NCBI RefSeq assembly: GCF_006345805.1
Contig: NC_043004.1
Coordinates: forward strand, 27,218,001 to 27,282,000
DNA: 64,000 bases
Direction of reading: 5' to 3'
Source: Octopus sinensis
Lineage: Eukaryota
Below the pieces are notes generated by a model. It had not been told where the DNA came from, made no database searches, and saw nothing but the letters and a program-made list of their open reading frames with translations. Positions 1-11,959 of the stretch are shown piece after piece; positions within the stretch are counted from its first letter, which is position 1, and each line of letters starts with the position of its first letter. A program made the translations under genes and the position numbers.

Positions 1-606
1 TATTGTAGTCCTATAAGTTGTAAGTTTGTATAGCACACTGGCTTGTTTACAATCTTTCTATCTTTGACTGGAGATTTCTTCTATTGCTGCTAATTTCTGG
101 CTAACGTAGAACAACACAAACAACATCAGCCAATATAGTGTGCAGATTAATATTTTTCCATCATGAATAAATACCTCTGGGAATGCCACTGCTTAGGATT
201 AGGGTGCCTTTGAAATGTTAAAGATGTGTTTCAGATCCTAACATCAAATCTCACTTGAAACGTAGTTAAAAGCTCCAAATTCTCCGTGGTCCCATCTGCT
301 AAATGGTATATAGATATCATGACATTCTACTGAGTAATTAATGACTTCTTTCAAATTCTATCACAACAGAATTCAACCTGTGGCTCTTAAGAAAGCAACT
401 GCAGGAAAATAGAAAAATCATGCCAGAGCATTCTTCTTTGATTCCTTATGACCTGCTAGGTTATAGAAAATAACCACAAACAATACATTGCTGCCAATGT
501 AATTATTTAACAATCCTATTCTTAGAAGCAAATTTTAAAATATGGTGTCTCCTGTGAATTTAACTCAACATCAAAAGTATTTGATATTTCCTTGTTTTCC
601 TGTCAG

Positions 607-647
607 ATTTCATTGGTCGAACAACTCTTCACCCACAACTACATAAA
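607..647 (+). CDS. candidate small coding exon of unidentified gene
   Basis: Strong acceptor atttccttgttttcctgtcag|, weak donor AAA|gttcag. 41 nt, open in two frames ([14 protein letters not shown] or [14 protein letters not shown]). Confidence 0.4.
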
Positions 648-699
648 GTTCAGCTTTTGATTTGCTATTAATTTCATTACTGTATACATACAATTTTTA

Positions 700-713
700 C
701 ATGTGTATGTATG

Positions 714-757
<44 letters not shown>

Positions 758-810
758 CACATATACACACACATGTATCTGTGTGTGTGTATGTATACAT
801 GTATAAATAG

Positions 811-851
<41 letters not shown>

Positions 852-1470
852 CATACATACGCGTGCACGCACACACACACACATATACTTGTATGCCTAT
901 ATGAATGATATATCTCGTTATATATGTGTGTGCACATGCATGTATACATAAATATTTAAACATACCCACAAATACTTGTATATGTATGTATGTTTTGATG
1001 TGTATGTATGTCTGTCTAACTCTTCGTTCATACATATGTATATACATACATGTCTATGTACTTTTATACATACATATCTACATACGTATGCACACACACA
1101 CACACATTTATGTGTATATGTACATATATGGAGACACAAGTGTCTATGTATTTAAAGAAAATTTATTTACATTTCAGTCTATTGATTTTTACTTTCCAAA
1201 AAGTTTTCACTTCTAAATATTAATCTATTTAGGACTAAAATTAGCCATCAAACATAAACATAAATTATACACACATTTGTGTGTGTGTGTGTGTGTGCAC
1301 ATGCATATATATAATATATATATGCATGCACACATGTGTGTATATGTGTACATATGAGTATATATAATATACAGAGATATACATTATATATATATATATA
1401 TATATACACATATATATATATGTTTATACATGACATACATATATACACACACATGCATACATACATACAT
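700..1470. repeat. compound microsatellite field (TA, CA, TATG)
   Basis: Directly visible; source of the spurious Y/I/H/T ORFs. Confidence 0.95.
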
Positions 1471-1548
1471 ATGAAATAACTTTGTATATTATAAAACTTC
1501 TGTAAGTTAAACAAGAATGTAAACACATTCTATTTTATTGATGTGCAG

Positions 1549-1559
1549 GGAAATAGGGA
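1549..1559 (+). CDS. candidate 11-nt micro-exon
   Basis: tattttattgatgtgcag|GGAAATAGGGA|gtgagt; keeps the frame open between 607-647 and 2207-2238. Confidence 0.3.
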
Positions 1560-1739
1560 GTGAGTCTCTTGGCAGACTGTTTCATGGCTGTTGATCACTC
1601 CACAGATAAGATACATCTAGCTTATTTCCCTAATCAGTAGCATTGAATATCTGTTCATAATGTAATCACAAATTAGCTAGTATGATGGTGTACACCATAA
1701 TTTGTACATTTGTGGTTTTGGCAGTTTTTCATTAATCAG

Positions 1740-1778
1740 ACAATATATTCTTATACACCTACTGTTTATATAATGATG
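1740..1778 (+). CDS. candidate 39-nt symmetric exon
   Basis: gtttttcattaatcag|...GATGAG|gtatcg; open in phase 0 (TIYSYTPTVYNDE) and phase 2 (QYILIHLLFIMM). Confidence 0.35.
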
Positions 1779-2206
1779 AGGTATCGAAGGTGCAAAAATG
1801 CAAATTAGGTTTTCCACTCTGGTGTGCAACCTAATTCATGACTTCTTGATAAGCAGCTGGTATATGGTATTGATTGGGAAATAAACTGGGTACAATTGAT
1901 GACCAGGCCTATTAGAAAGCAACAGAATTGTTGGAAAATTCCTTGCAAATATCTCCAGCTTCCTTAGACGAGCCTGTTTGACACATGAGGTGTGCCAAAG
2001 AATAAGACCTACAGATTATTTGTAGGTTTCATTTGATGTTCTTATTTCTAGGCAGTCAATAAAAGCAAGGATAAATTCTTTAAGGATTTATATAAAGTAG
2101 TTGATTACATGTGGAATAGAAAACAGATCTGCAGATCTATATTTTGGCTGACTTCAATGTTTAAATAGGATTTAATTGAGTGCAAGAATTTGCTTCTTTG
2201 TGTCAG

Positions 2207-2238
2207 ACAGTTTGGTGTACTTTGTGTGGAATATAGAA
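2207..2238 (+). CDS. candidate 32-nt exon
   Basis: aatttgcttctttgtgtcag|...ATAGAA|gtaagg; reads QFGVLCVEYR (or xSLVYFVWNIE). Tandem alternative acceptor 4 nt downstream. Confidence 0.5.
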
Positions 2239-2399
2239 GTAAGGAATGTATATATTTCAGTATCAATTGATTTTACCCTCTGTATGTGAAACTATACCTT
2301 GAGCTCATCAGCTGAAAATGACACTAAAACCTATTCCTGAAATATTCATTACATATGTATGTACACACACACATGCACACACATACACATGTGTGTGTA

Positions 2400-2590
2400 T
2401 ATATAGGGAGAGTTTACGAAAAAAACAAAAGATGAAGACAGGTGGTGTACAACAAACAGATGTATTAGTATAACGCTCAGGAATAGAAAAAGTCTTTTAC
2501 GTTTCGAGCCTACGCTCTTCTACAGAAAGGGACACAGAAAAAACAAGGAGAGAAAAAAATGTGTGTAGTGGCTAACGATCTATCATGGCG
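2400..2590 (-). mobile_element. about 190-bp dispersed Penelope-derived element
   Basis: Near-identical copies at 27545-27715 and 52345-52545 (opposite strand), diverged copy at 22410-22560; carries CTGNAGA-AGAGCGTAGGCTC-GAAACGT. Confidence 0.6.
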
Positions 2591-2637
2591 TATGTGTGTG
2601 TATATATATATATATGTGTGTGTGTGAGTGTGTGTGA

Positions 2638-2973
2638 GACCCCCTTCGGTCACAACACAGACCATGGGATTGCACCTAGAAAGTTACTCTCCCAGGCACA
2701 AGACCAGGCAAGGTTGTTTAGGAAGACCAGCAGTTGCTCATGCATACCGGCCTCCCCTCTCCACGCCACCAGTGTTATCCAAAGGAAAGGCAAAGGCCGA
2801 TACAGCTTGGCACCTGTGACTTCGCAACTCATTTCTACAGCTGAGTGAACTGGAGCAACGTGAAATAAAGTGTCTTGCTCAAGAACACAACATTCAGCTT
2901 TGTCCAGGATTTGAGCTCACAACCTCAAGATCGTAAGCTCGATGCTCTAACCACTGAGCCATGCACCTTCACA
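2638..2973 (-). mobile_element. tRNA-derived SINE
   Basis: Minus-strand head GTGCATGGCTCAGTGGTTAGAGCA...; related decayed copy at 34945-35200. Confidence 0.8.
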
Positions 2974-3200
2974 ATGTGTGTGTAACTGATAGCTATAGCA
3001 TTGTTGCTCAAAAGAGCAGTCCAGTTTGCATAAATAGTGTGCTGTTGAAGGCTTATCTAAATTGATATATTTATTCATTATATTCTTTCTAAATGATATT
3101 TGTTCTTGTCAAATCATACTAAGTAAACCTTTCTTTGCAACACAGTCTGGGGTTGCTACTGTCTGATGAAGAACAAATGTTAGTTTCTCTATCCTTTTAG

Positions 3201-3208
3201 AGCTTAAG
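3201..3208 (+). CDS. candidate 8-nt micro-exon
   Basis: gtttctctatccttttag|AGCTTAAG|gtgagt; strong sites at both ends, in frame with 2207-2238. Confidence 0.5.
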
Positions 3209-3729
3209 GTGAGTTATTATATATAACTGGATTTGGTCAAAAAGAGACAAAGAGCAATGACGAGAAGAATATTGAGTGAAATCTGATAACCAGTTGATCT
3301 AGTAAGCAAGTCCTCATTTCAGTGAGAGGGGCATTTACATAAAGATTCTCTCCTGATGACCCATAAACTTGCTAGCATCCAGTATGCGGAGCTTTCAACT
3401 AGTATCACTTGCATCTGCATGTTGTTCGCAACATATATATAATTTCAAAATCACAGGATAAAGCTTTGTCCAATTATTTCTTTTTGTGAGTTTATCTCAC
3501 AAGGGGAAGATCATTTAGCATGCTGTGCCCGCTTCCCATAAATATAATGAGGTTAGTGTTTCTTGTGGCTTTCAGAGTTAATTTTGACTCTAATTTGACT
3601 CTAATTTTGACTCTAATTCCTGTTTGGTTTTTAATTGCTAGTGAGCCACTTAAACTATAATGTGTTTAATATATCTTAATATATTAATATATCATTATAA
3701 TATCTTTTTGTATTGATATATTTATACAT

Positions 3730-4020
3730 ATATATAGTAAATGAAAGACAGAAGATGGAATATACGAAAATTTATTGTAAATCACGACAATTGTTTCAAC
3801 ACATCTAGCATCAATTCCTCTTGGATGGGATACTCAACGACTAGTTCAGGAGCATCGGGTGGTGCAGATGTATCTAGTCGGGTGATAAATAAATACAACT
3901 CATTAAAATGACTGTTCTACAATGTTACTTTCCACTTTGTAGAGAGAAAAGCATCCAGACGGAGGAAATATCTTCATTTATATATGAGATCAAAGATAAA
4001 ATCACAGATGGCAAAAAGAG
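3730..4020 (-). mobile_element. Penelope-like terminal repeat fragment
   Basis: Minus-strand GAAACAATTGTC palindromic hammerhead-like remnant. Confidence 0.35.
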
Positions 4021-4934
4021 AAATGAACTTGCAATCCAGTGAGAAAAGTATTAAAAATAACCGTTAACAGATATGGATGTATAAACACCCTCAGGCAAGC
4101 TGTATGATACAAGTACACTCACTCATACAAGCATACACAAAAATGTGAGCATACGCACACGTGAGGTTTGGTGCACTCATGATCATAAAGCGAGTTAGTT
4201 ATCTACTTGGTGTTTATAAGATTGGGGAGGTTAGAAGTAAACTTAAGTCATCCATACTTTAAAGTAAATTAAGTTAATGGTTACTCAAAATTCATTTACA
4301 TTGCATTATTCTTATTCTTTTATTGATATAAATCCTTAAATCCTTAAAAATGTTTTAGCCCGAAGGCCGCAGCCATGCTGGGGCACCACCGCTGTATATA
4401 TATATATATATATATATATATTCTTATTCTTTTATTCTTTTACTTGTTTTAGTAATTTCTGACTGTGGCCATGCTGGAGCACTACCTTTTTAGTTGAAGA
4501 AATCAACCCCTGGACTTAATCTTTGTAAGCCTGGTACTTATTCTATCAGCCTCTTTTGACAAACCACTAAGTTACAGGGATATAAACACACCAAAATCAG
4601 TTGTAAAGTGATGGTGGGGACAAACACATACACACAAACATATATATATATACATAGAATCCTTGGCAGTGGATTTGTAGATGGATATATATCTTGTTAT
4701 TGAGAACCAAGCAAATTTGAAACCAGTCAAGTAGACTTTTATTCTCTCTCCACAGAGAAGATTTAAACATTTGTTTAGATCTGTCACAATATTGTAACAG
4801 GTGCATTGGAACAAATGTTTTACCTTCCATCATACTGCTGATTTAACAGAATGATTGCTGTTTAGAGTGTGATTAATGTCTTATAAAGTTGTGTAATGTA
4901 TTTATTCTAACTTTTATTTTCATATCATTTTGTA

Positions 4935-5158
4935 TTCTCTTTTACTCTTTTACTCTTTTACTTGTTTCAGTCATTTGACTGCGGCCATGCTGGAGCACCG
5001 CCTTTAATCGAGCAACTCGACCCCGAGACTTATTCTTTTGTAAGCCCAGGACTTATTCTATCGGTCTCTTTTGCAGAACTGCTAAGTAACGGGGACGTAA
5101 GCACACCAGCATCGGTTGTCAAGCAATGTTGGGGGGACAAACACAGACACACAAACAT

Positions 5159-5201
<43 letters not shown>

Positions 5202-5300
5202 TACAACGGGCTTCTTTCAGTTTCCGTCTACCAAATCCACTCACAAGGCATTGGTCGGCCCGGGGCTATAGCAGAAGACACTTGCCCAAGGTGCCACGCA
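4935..5300 (-). mobile_element. tRNA/CORE-type SINE (family B)
   Basis: CCTTGGGCAAGTGTCTT CORE-like block, internal (TA/CA)n, GAGTAAAA tail. Other copies at 4410-4630, 7975-8215, 8832-8925, 10255-10410, 12330-12465, 32420-32550, 52120-52330, 60640-60730. Confidence 0.85.
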
Positions 5301-5389
5301 AGATTAGTAAAGCATTTTGTCCAAAAGTACCCTGGTAGCAAATAAAACAATAAATGATAATGATGATAATGATGATAGTTGTAATAACT

Positions 5390-5433
<44 letters not shown>

Positions 5434-5435
5434 TA

Positions 5436-5465
5436 CAGGGTGTCCTAAAGGTCACTATACACTTT
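5436..5465 (+). mobile_element. solo Tc1/mariner-like TIR end
   Basis: TA-CAGGGTGTCC start; same motif ends the maT element at 34066. Confidence 0.45.
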
Positions 5466-5486
5466 CATTTTTCTATTTTGTTTCAG

Positions 5487-5545
5487 ATATCATTCGGAGA
5501 GACATGAGGCCATCAGCATTTGACACCTTAGACTTTGCTGTTTTT
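5487..5545 (+). CDS. candidate 59-nt exon, possibly transposon-derived
   Basis: tttcatttttctattttgtttcag|...GTTTTT|gtaagt; open only in phase 1 (IIRRDMRPSAFDTLDFAVF). Lies 50 bp inside a mariner-like TIR. Confidence 0.3.
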
Positions 5546-5769
5546 GTAAGTGTATCATTCCCAATGATACACTCACAAAACTTGCAAAGAGAGGCAAATA
5601 TCCTCTGCCACTGAGAGACATGTTCAACTGGTTATGGTCAAACAACTGACAAGCAAATCTGTAGTACTGAGCAGAATATTTGTTGTAGCCCATCTTTTAT
5701 ACTAAGACAAAACAAGTACATGTTGACACTTCCAATCAGCTAAGATCAGATAATAATACTGGCTAGTAT

Positions 5770-6640
5770 TATTATCCACCATTAAGACACTTCAAATTCC
5801 GCTGATGTGGTCTTTAGCATTCATCTTTTTGGGAGTGATAAAATAATATCAGTGGAACATTAGGGTCAATATAAACGACAAGCACCCTCCTCTAAATTTT
5901 GCCTATAGTAGAAAGGATTAATCCTCATCATCATTCTCCATGCCGGCATGGGTTAGAGAGGTTGACTGGAGTTGATAAGCTGGAGAGCTGCACCTGGTTC
6001 CAATCTTATTTGATATCTCTATATATATAAAGCTGAAGTTGTCTGTGTATGGCAGGTTTGGTAGCCTTCAACTAACACTATCTCCTCCGAGACCCTGTGG
6101 CACAAGTTGACCAAAATTGAGAGTATGATAGAAAAAGGCTTGCTCTTCCTTCCATAGAAGAAAAAATTCAAATTAATCGTCATTATCATCATCATCATCA
6201 TCATCATTAGCACACCAGGCGAAATGCTTAGGGGTATTTCGTCTGTCTTCACATTCTAGGATCAAATTCTGTTGAGGTTGACTTAGTCTTTCATCCTTTA
6301 AGGGTTGATAAATTAAGTACCAGTGATACACTGGCGTTGATATTATCAACTAGTACCTTCCCCCTAAACTGCAGGCCTTGTGTCTATAATAGAAAGGATT
6401 ATCATTATTATTATTTTCATAGCTGTTGTTGTTGTTAATGTTGTTGTTAAGGCAGTGAGCTGGAAAAATTAGCAGCAGCCCTTCCAAATCATTACATTGT
6501 GGGTTCAAATTGTGCTGAGGTTGACTTTGACTTTCATTGTTTTGGGGTCAATAAAATAAGTACCAGTTGAGTACTGGGTTGATCTAATCAACTTATTTCC
6601 TCCCTTGAACTAGCTGGCCTTGTGCCAAAATCTGAAATTA
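5770..6640 (+). mobile_element. three head-to-tail tRNA-SINE copies (family A)
   Basis: Repeated GTTC...AAATT B-box and CCTTTCATCCTTTCGGGGTCGATAAATTAAGTACCAG core, separated by ATC/ATT/GTT tails. Confidence 0.75.
6015..6180 (+). mobile_element. non-autonomous Helitron-like 5' end
   Basis: TCTATATATATAAA start followed by GTCTGT; similar start at 26690-26880. Confidence 0.35.
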
Positions 6641-6643
6641 TTA

Positions 6644-6686
<43 letters not shown>

Positions 6687-6724
6687 CATCATCAATATTA
6701 TTGTTATCATCATCATTATTATTA

Positions 6725-6762
<38 letters not shown>

Positions 6763-6777
6763 GTTATTATTATTATT

Positions 6778-7290
6778 GAGTGAGCGAGCAGAGCATGCCA
6801 TCAAAGTGACACTGGGGTAAAATATACGAAGCCCAGTATACCCATCATGACTACCCGTCTGATAAGGGTACACCAGGCACATGCATCACAGCCATATGTG
6901 CGCGACATGGTGATCTCATATCAAGATAAACAGCACATGACCTTGCAGGTGGGGCCCAGTTAGAATTTTCTTCAGATCGAGTAACCCATCCCGCTCAAAA
7001 GGTCCCTGAATAAGGGTTGTTTAAGGACGTTGAACGAAACACCCATGTTTCCAGAGGTGAATTATTCAAACCCCAAAGAATCCTTCTCAACACATGGCTA
7101 TGATGCTCCCCCACTACTTCTGCTCGTGATCAGAGATGCACATATCGTCAGCCACTAAGGGACATGCTCAACTGGTTAAGGTCAAACAACTGACAAGCAA
7201 ATCTGTGGTTTGAGCAGAATATTTGCTGTAGCCCATCTTTTATACCAAGACAAAACAATGTACATGATAACACTTCCAATCAGTTAAGAT
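6778..7290 (-). mobile_element. about 520-550-bp dispersed repeat (family D) in (AAT)n
   Basis: Reverse complement of 21176-21730; partial copy at 5610-5750; long AAT/ATC arrays on both sides. Confidence 0.85.
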
Positions 7291-7404
7291 CTATTATTAT
7301 CATCATTATTATTATCATCATCATTATTATTATCATCATCATTATTATCAATATCATTATTATTATTATTATCATTATCATTATCCTTATTATTATCATT
7401 ATCA

Positions 7405-7468
<64 letters not shown>

Positions 7469-7831
7469 CATCATCATTATTGAAGAGTACATCATTATTG
7501 ATTATTACTATTATTGATTATTAATTATTATTATTCATTATTTAAAGTACTTTTTCACTGGAAGATGCCCTGACAGTTTAAGTTGCTATTGTTCTTTCTT
7601 AAAACGTGTCTAGACAAGTTGTAGTAGCAGACTAACAACAACAACATAAAAGTATAGCAACAACTGCAACAGCAGCAGCACAACGTATATCAACTCTAGC
7701 TCTTTGCGTGTGGTTAGAATGAAACAAGATTTTATTGCTCTCCTTTGTCATTTCCACCTTGTATGATGTCATCAGGTGTACACACATAAAACACACAGGC
7801 ACACACACACACACACGCTCTCATACACACT

Positions 7832-7872
<41 letters not shown>

Positions 7873-8254
7873 ATACACACACACACAAACATTCAGTACT
7901 AATACTTCTTCTGTCTAGTCACTAATAGCAAATTGTTACCCAGCCTTTCAGCTATATGTGTGTATTTTATTTTATTCATTTCTTGTATTCTCTTACTTGT
8001 TTGAGTCATTTGACTGTGGCCATGCTGGAGCACCGCCTTGGTGAGATTTTTTTACTTGAACAAATCAACTCTAGGACTTATTCTTTGCAATCCTAGTACT
8101 TATTCAATCAGTTTGTTTTAATGAACTGCTAGTGTACAGGGATGTTAGTGCATCAATGCCATTTGGTTGTCAAGTAGTGACGGGGAGACAAACACAGACA
8201 CAAAGACATGCACATATAGATATATACATATACATACATACATACATACATACA

Positions 8255-8722
8255 TGGTGGCCGTCCACTCGTGACCGAGGAAGACCATTGCTGACCTTCA
8301 GGAACATTGTGCGCTCTAGGACAAACTTATATTTTGCATCTGCGGCTCCGTTGGTGGCTAATGAGCCCTGTTCTTGACAAGCATACACGACTGCAAACAT
8401 TGCAGACCAAGCTTTCCCCATTCACTATACGAGCCGTGCGCTTTTGCACAGCTCGCTTAAGTTCTTCATGCTGGATACGTGCTCTCTCAAAAGTGTCATT
8501 CCCCTCCTTAACCTGCTTCCTCCATCTGTGGCGATGACAGGCATTGTTCTCCCAGTCAGTGTCCTGCATATCAAAGGCCTTTAACAAGGACTTGACACAG
8601 TCCTTAAATCGCAGCCTTGGTTTCTGCCGGAGTCTCCTCCCATTCACAAGTTCTCCATAGAGCATCTGCTTAGGAATCCTTCTATCCTCCATTCTAATAA
8701 GGTGTCCAGTCCAACACAACAT
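8255..8722 (-). mobile_element. RTE/BovB-like LINE 3' end
   Basis: LCWTGHLIRMEDRRIPKQMLYGEL...FKDCVK...CNVCSRVC...LISHQR (C-terminus with C2H2-like motif), then short 3' UTR and (GTAT)n tail. Confidence 0.9.
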
Positions 8723-8781
8723 ACATACATACATACATACATACACACATACATGCATACACACATACATACATACATACA

Positions 8782-8814
<33 letters not shown>

Positions 8815-9144
8815 GATGATGATGATGATGAGCTTCAGTCAGTTTCTGTCTACCAAATCCACTCATAAGGCCTTTGATCAACTCAAGGCTATAGTAGAAG
8901 ACACTTGCCCAAGGTGTCATGTAGTAACTCTTCTCTATTTTTTTTAAAGGCAACATGACTGTTATTGTCTGTATGGCAACTAATATAAGATTCAAATCAT
9001 AACAAAAGAGATTGAGTATAGTTTAAAAAAGTTGCCTTAATTGTATTAGAGAATTTTGAATCAAATTTTAATTAAGATGTATATTTAAATATGAAACTTT
9101 AAAAAAGAAATATTATGTGATGGTATTAAAATTTTAGATGTTAT

Positions 9145-9370
9145 ATTGGTTTCAAATATTGGCACAAGGCCAGTATTTTGGGGCAGTGGTGGGGTTAAGT
9201 CAATCACATCGACCCCAGTACTCAACCAGTACTTATCTTATTGACCCCCAAAAGGATGAAAGGCAAAGTTGACCTGAACAGAATTTGGAATCAGCATGTA
9301 AAGATGGACAAAATGCTACTTAGCATTTTGCCCGGCATGCTAATGATTCTGCCAGCTTGTCACCTTATCA
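9145..9370 (-). mobile_element. tRNA-SINE (family A)
   Basis: Reverse complement of the 12836-13075 type; other minus copies at 20930-21105, 24720-24930, 34640-34890. Confidence 0.75.
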
Positions 9371-10002
9371 AAAACAAAATTAACCCATTTTATCTTAAAG
9401 TCTACAATTGTTGACCTTGCATATTATTTAACACAGAACAGGTTATTGTCCACTGACGGGTTTAAATTGTGTGATGCACACTCACATATAGGGCTATTCA
9501 ATTTATCTTTGAGAAAAAATCAGATTATTGTAGTCATTTGAATAGGTTTTCTTTTGCTTGGTTGCTAACTTGAAAAAATAAAAATCATGAAAACAAGAAA
9601 AGTATTATCTTTCCATTGCAAAACTGTTTTTTAAAAAATGTATTTTTCTTACGAGATGGAATAAAAGCAAGAAATTTGTTCAGAGTTACAACACACTTTT
9701 GTTGTAATTTTCAGTTTTTGACCCTGCATCACCCCAATATTTATAAGTGTAGACCCTTCAAGAAAACAGAGACCCTTTAATTCAATGAGCTTCAAATTTC
9801 CACAATATCTAAATTTGATAAAAACAGACTTGAATTCATAATTTCATAGGTTTTGATAGATTCCTTCTGCCATAAGGGTGAAAATATCTAAATATTGCTG
9901 GAATTGTGAATAACGAGAATAATATTGTAACATAGGTAAGGTAACTGTAAATATGAGCAAGGAACTGGTTTGAGGAAATATATAAATAATGTATATATAA
10001 AG

Positions 10003-10695
10003 ATATTGTTGTATTTCGGAATGGTCATTTTGCCAGTTCAGCCAATAAAAACATACGCACTATATATTTGGTGTTACTTTGCTTCAGCGTTATTCATTTT
10101 TTACATTAATCTTAATCTTATTTCGGCCAGAGTTCTTTTGTCACACTCCTGTGACCTCATCAGTGGTCCTTTGCTTTCTTCTTTCTTATTTGTGTGTCTC
10201 TCCTTACTAACCGTCAGCCATTTTGTATTTCTATTGTATGTGCTTACGTTCCCTGTAACTTAGCAGTTCTGCAAAAGAGACCGATAGAGTAAGTACTAGG
10301 CTTACAAAGAATAAGTCCTGGGGTAGATTTGCTCGACTAAAAAGGTGGTGCTCCAGCATGGCCATAGTCAAATGACTGAAACAATTAAAAGAGTAAAAGA
10401 GTATATATATATATATATGTATATGTATATACACACATACATTGTATAACAATTGAAACATACAATAGAAATACAAAATGGCTGACGGTTAGTAAGGAGA
10501 GACACAAATAAGAAAGAAGAAAGCAAAGGACCACTGATGCGGTCATAGGAGTGTGACGAAAGAACTCTGGCTGAAATAAGATTAAGATTAATGTAAAAAA
10601 TAAATAACACTGAAGGAAAATAACACCAAATATATAGTGCGTGTGTTTTTATTGGCTAAACTGGCAAAATGACCATTCCTAAATACAACAATGTC
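10003..10695. repeat. inverted repeat, about 230-bp arms around a SINE fragment
   Basis: 10003-10235 is the reverse complement of 10456-10695. Confidence 0.9.
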
Positions 10696-10849
10696 TGTTT
10701 CAACACACGACTTCACATAAAAAATCTTGCACAACAAATATATAAACGTATATATATAAAGAGTTTAGAGGAAATATCTAAGTAATTTATACATTATCAA
10801 ACTTGTATTTACATATACAGAATTCCATTTGTTTTGCTTTCATAATCTC

Positions 10850-11110
10850 CCTCAAATTCATCTAAATGGATAACACTGGTCTCCTTCTTTTTTCCAGTTT
10901 AATCTTCATCTTATGTGCTGAGTTGATGACTTGAATAGATAGATATAAGAAGTTGAATGGGTGTATGTTTGACACAAGATTTAAATTTTCTATGGATGCA
11001 GCAATTTGTATGTAAATTGAATATATTGGAGCTGATGAATATGGAATGAAACCAGTCTGGTTGGGTCAAATGTGGGATGAATAATTTTGATAAAAGAGAC
11101 TGGAAAAGTT
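10850..11110 (-). mobile_element. Penelope-like RT fragment
   Basis: INSAHKMKIKLEKEGDQCYPF resembles the PLE LNS.HP.IKFTME.E...PFLD motif. Confidence 0.45.
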
Positions 11111-11315
11111 TGGTATATTTTTAATTAATTAAAAATATACCCAATTTTGTTTGTCTTCTGTTTTGCTATGGAATTACTCTGCAAATATAATTTGCCAAAA
11201 TTTTCATTTACTATGTATATCTCATTTAAAATAGAACATCTCTATGCATACATTTGATTTGTGTGAATGGGCAGTTGTGCTTCACAAGGGCACAGTTTGG
11301 ATTATAACAACCTTT

Positions 11316-11346
<31 letters not shown>

Positions 11347-11505
11347 TGCACATACACACTCACTCAGACACACCAAACTTGCTCAAACATTCAGCTCCAA
11401 CAAATATATACATACACCAACTACTTTTAGTAAGAAGAACAATCATATTTTATGTTTCACCCAATTAAGGACTCAGTTTCAATTGTTATACAATGTATGT
11501 GTGTA

Positions 11506-11760
11506 TCATCATCATCATCATCATCATTTAGCGTCCGCTTTCCATGCTAGCATGGGTTGGACGGTTCAACTGGGGTTCGGGAAGCCAGAAGGCTGCACCA
11601 GGCCCAGTTTGATCTGGCAATGTTTCTACGGCTGGATGCCTTTCCTAACACCAACCACTCCATGAGTGTAGTGGGTGCTTTTTACATGCCACCGGCACTG
11701 GTGCCAGACGAGTCTGGCAAACGGCCACGATCGGATGGTGCTTTTTATGTGCCACCGGCA
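11506..11760 (-). mobile_element. SINE-like family C with (ATG)n tail
   Basis: GGTTGGCGTTAGGAAGGGCATCCAGC...CCAACCCATGCTAGCATGGAAAGCGGACG(T/C)TAAATGATGATG. Copies at 39700-39915, 49697-50110, 51290-51630, 51730-52052, 53830-54030, 57945-58290. Confidence 0.85.
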
Positions 11761-11790
11761 TGATGTATATGTATATACATGATGTATATG

Positions 11791-11905
<115 letters not shown>

Positions 11906-11959
11906 TTATTTGAGGGAATAAAATCCAAACTTACAAGGAAAAAAAATTCAATTTAGAAA

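Noticed and set aside
607-647. DFIGRTT as a C2-domain (ferlin-like) signature
   Set aside because: Only a short motif; no other exon supports a C2 or ferlin assignment, so no gene name is given.
639-1526. Cluster of ORFs rich in Y/I/H/T/V/C
   Set aside because: Translations of TA/CA/TATG microsatellites.
5502-5545. MRPSAFDTLDFAVF as the start of an SLC5-type transporter
   Set aside because: No downstream SLC5 motifs found; the segment may be TE-derived.
6610-7495. Poly-Asn, poly-Leu and poly-Ile ORFs
   Set aside because: (AAT)n/(ATC)n arrays; no splice or codon support.
8327-8995. 222-aa ORF as a host gene
   Set aside because: Chimera of a SINE piece, (TATG)n and an RTE LINE C-terminus.
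9850-9933. Exon with strong TAG|gtaagg donor
   Set aside because: Stops in all three frames.
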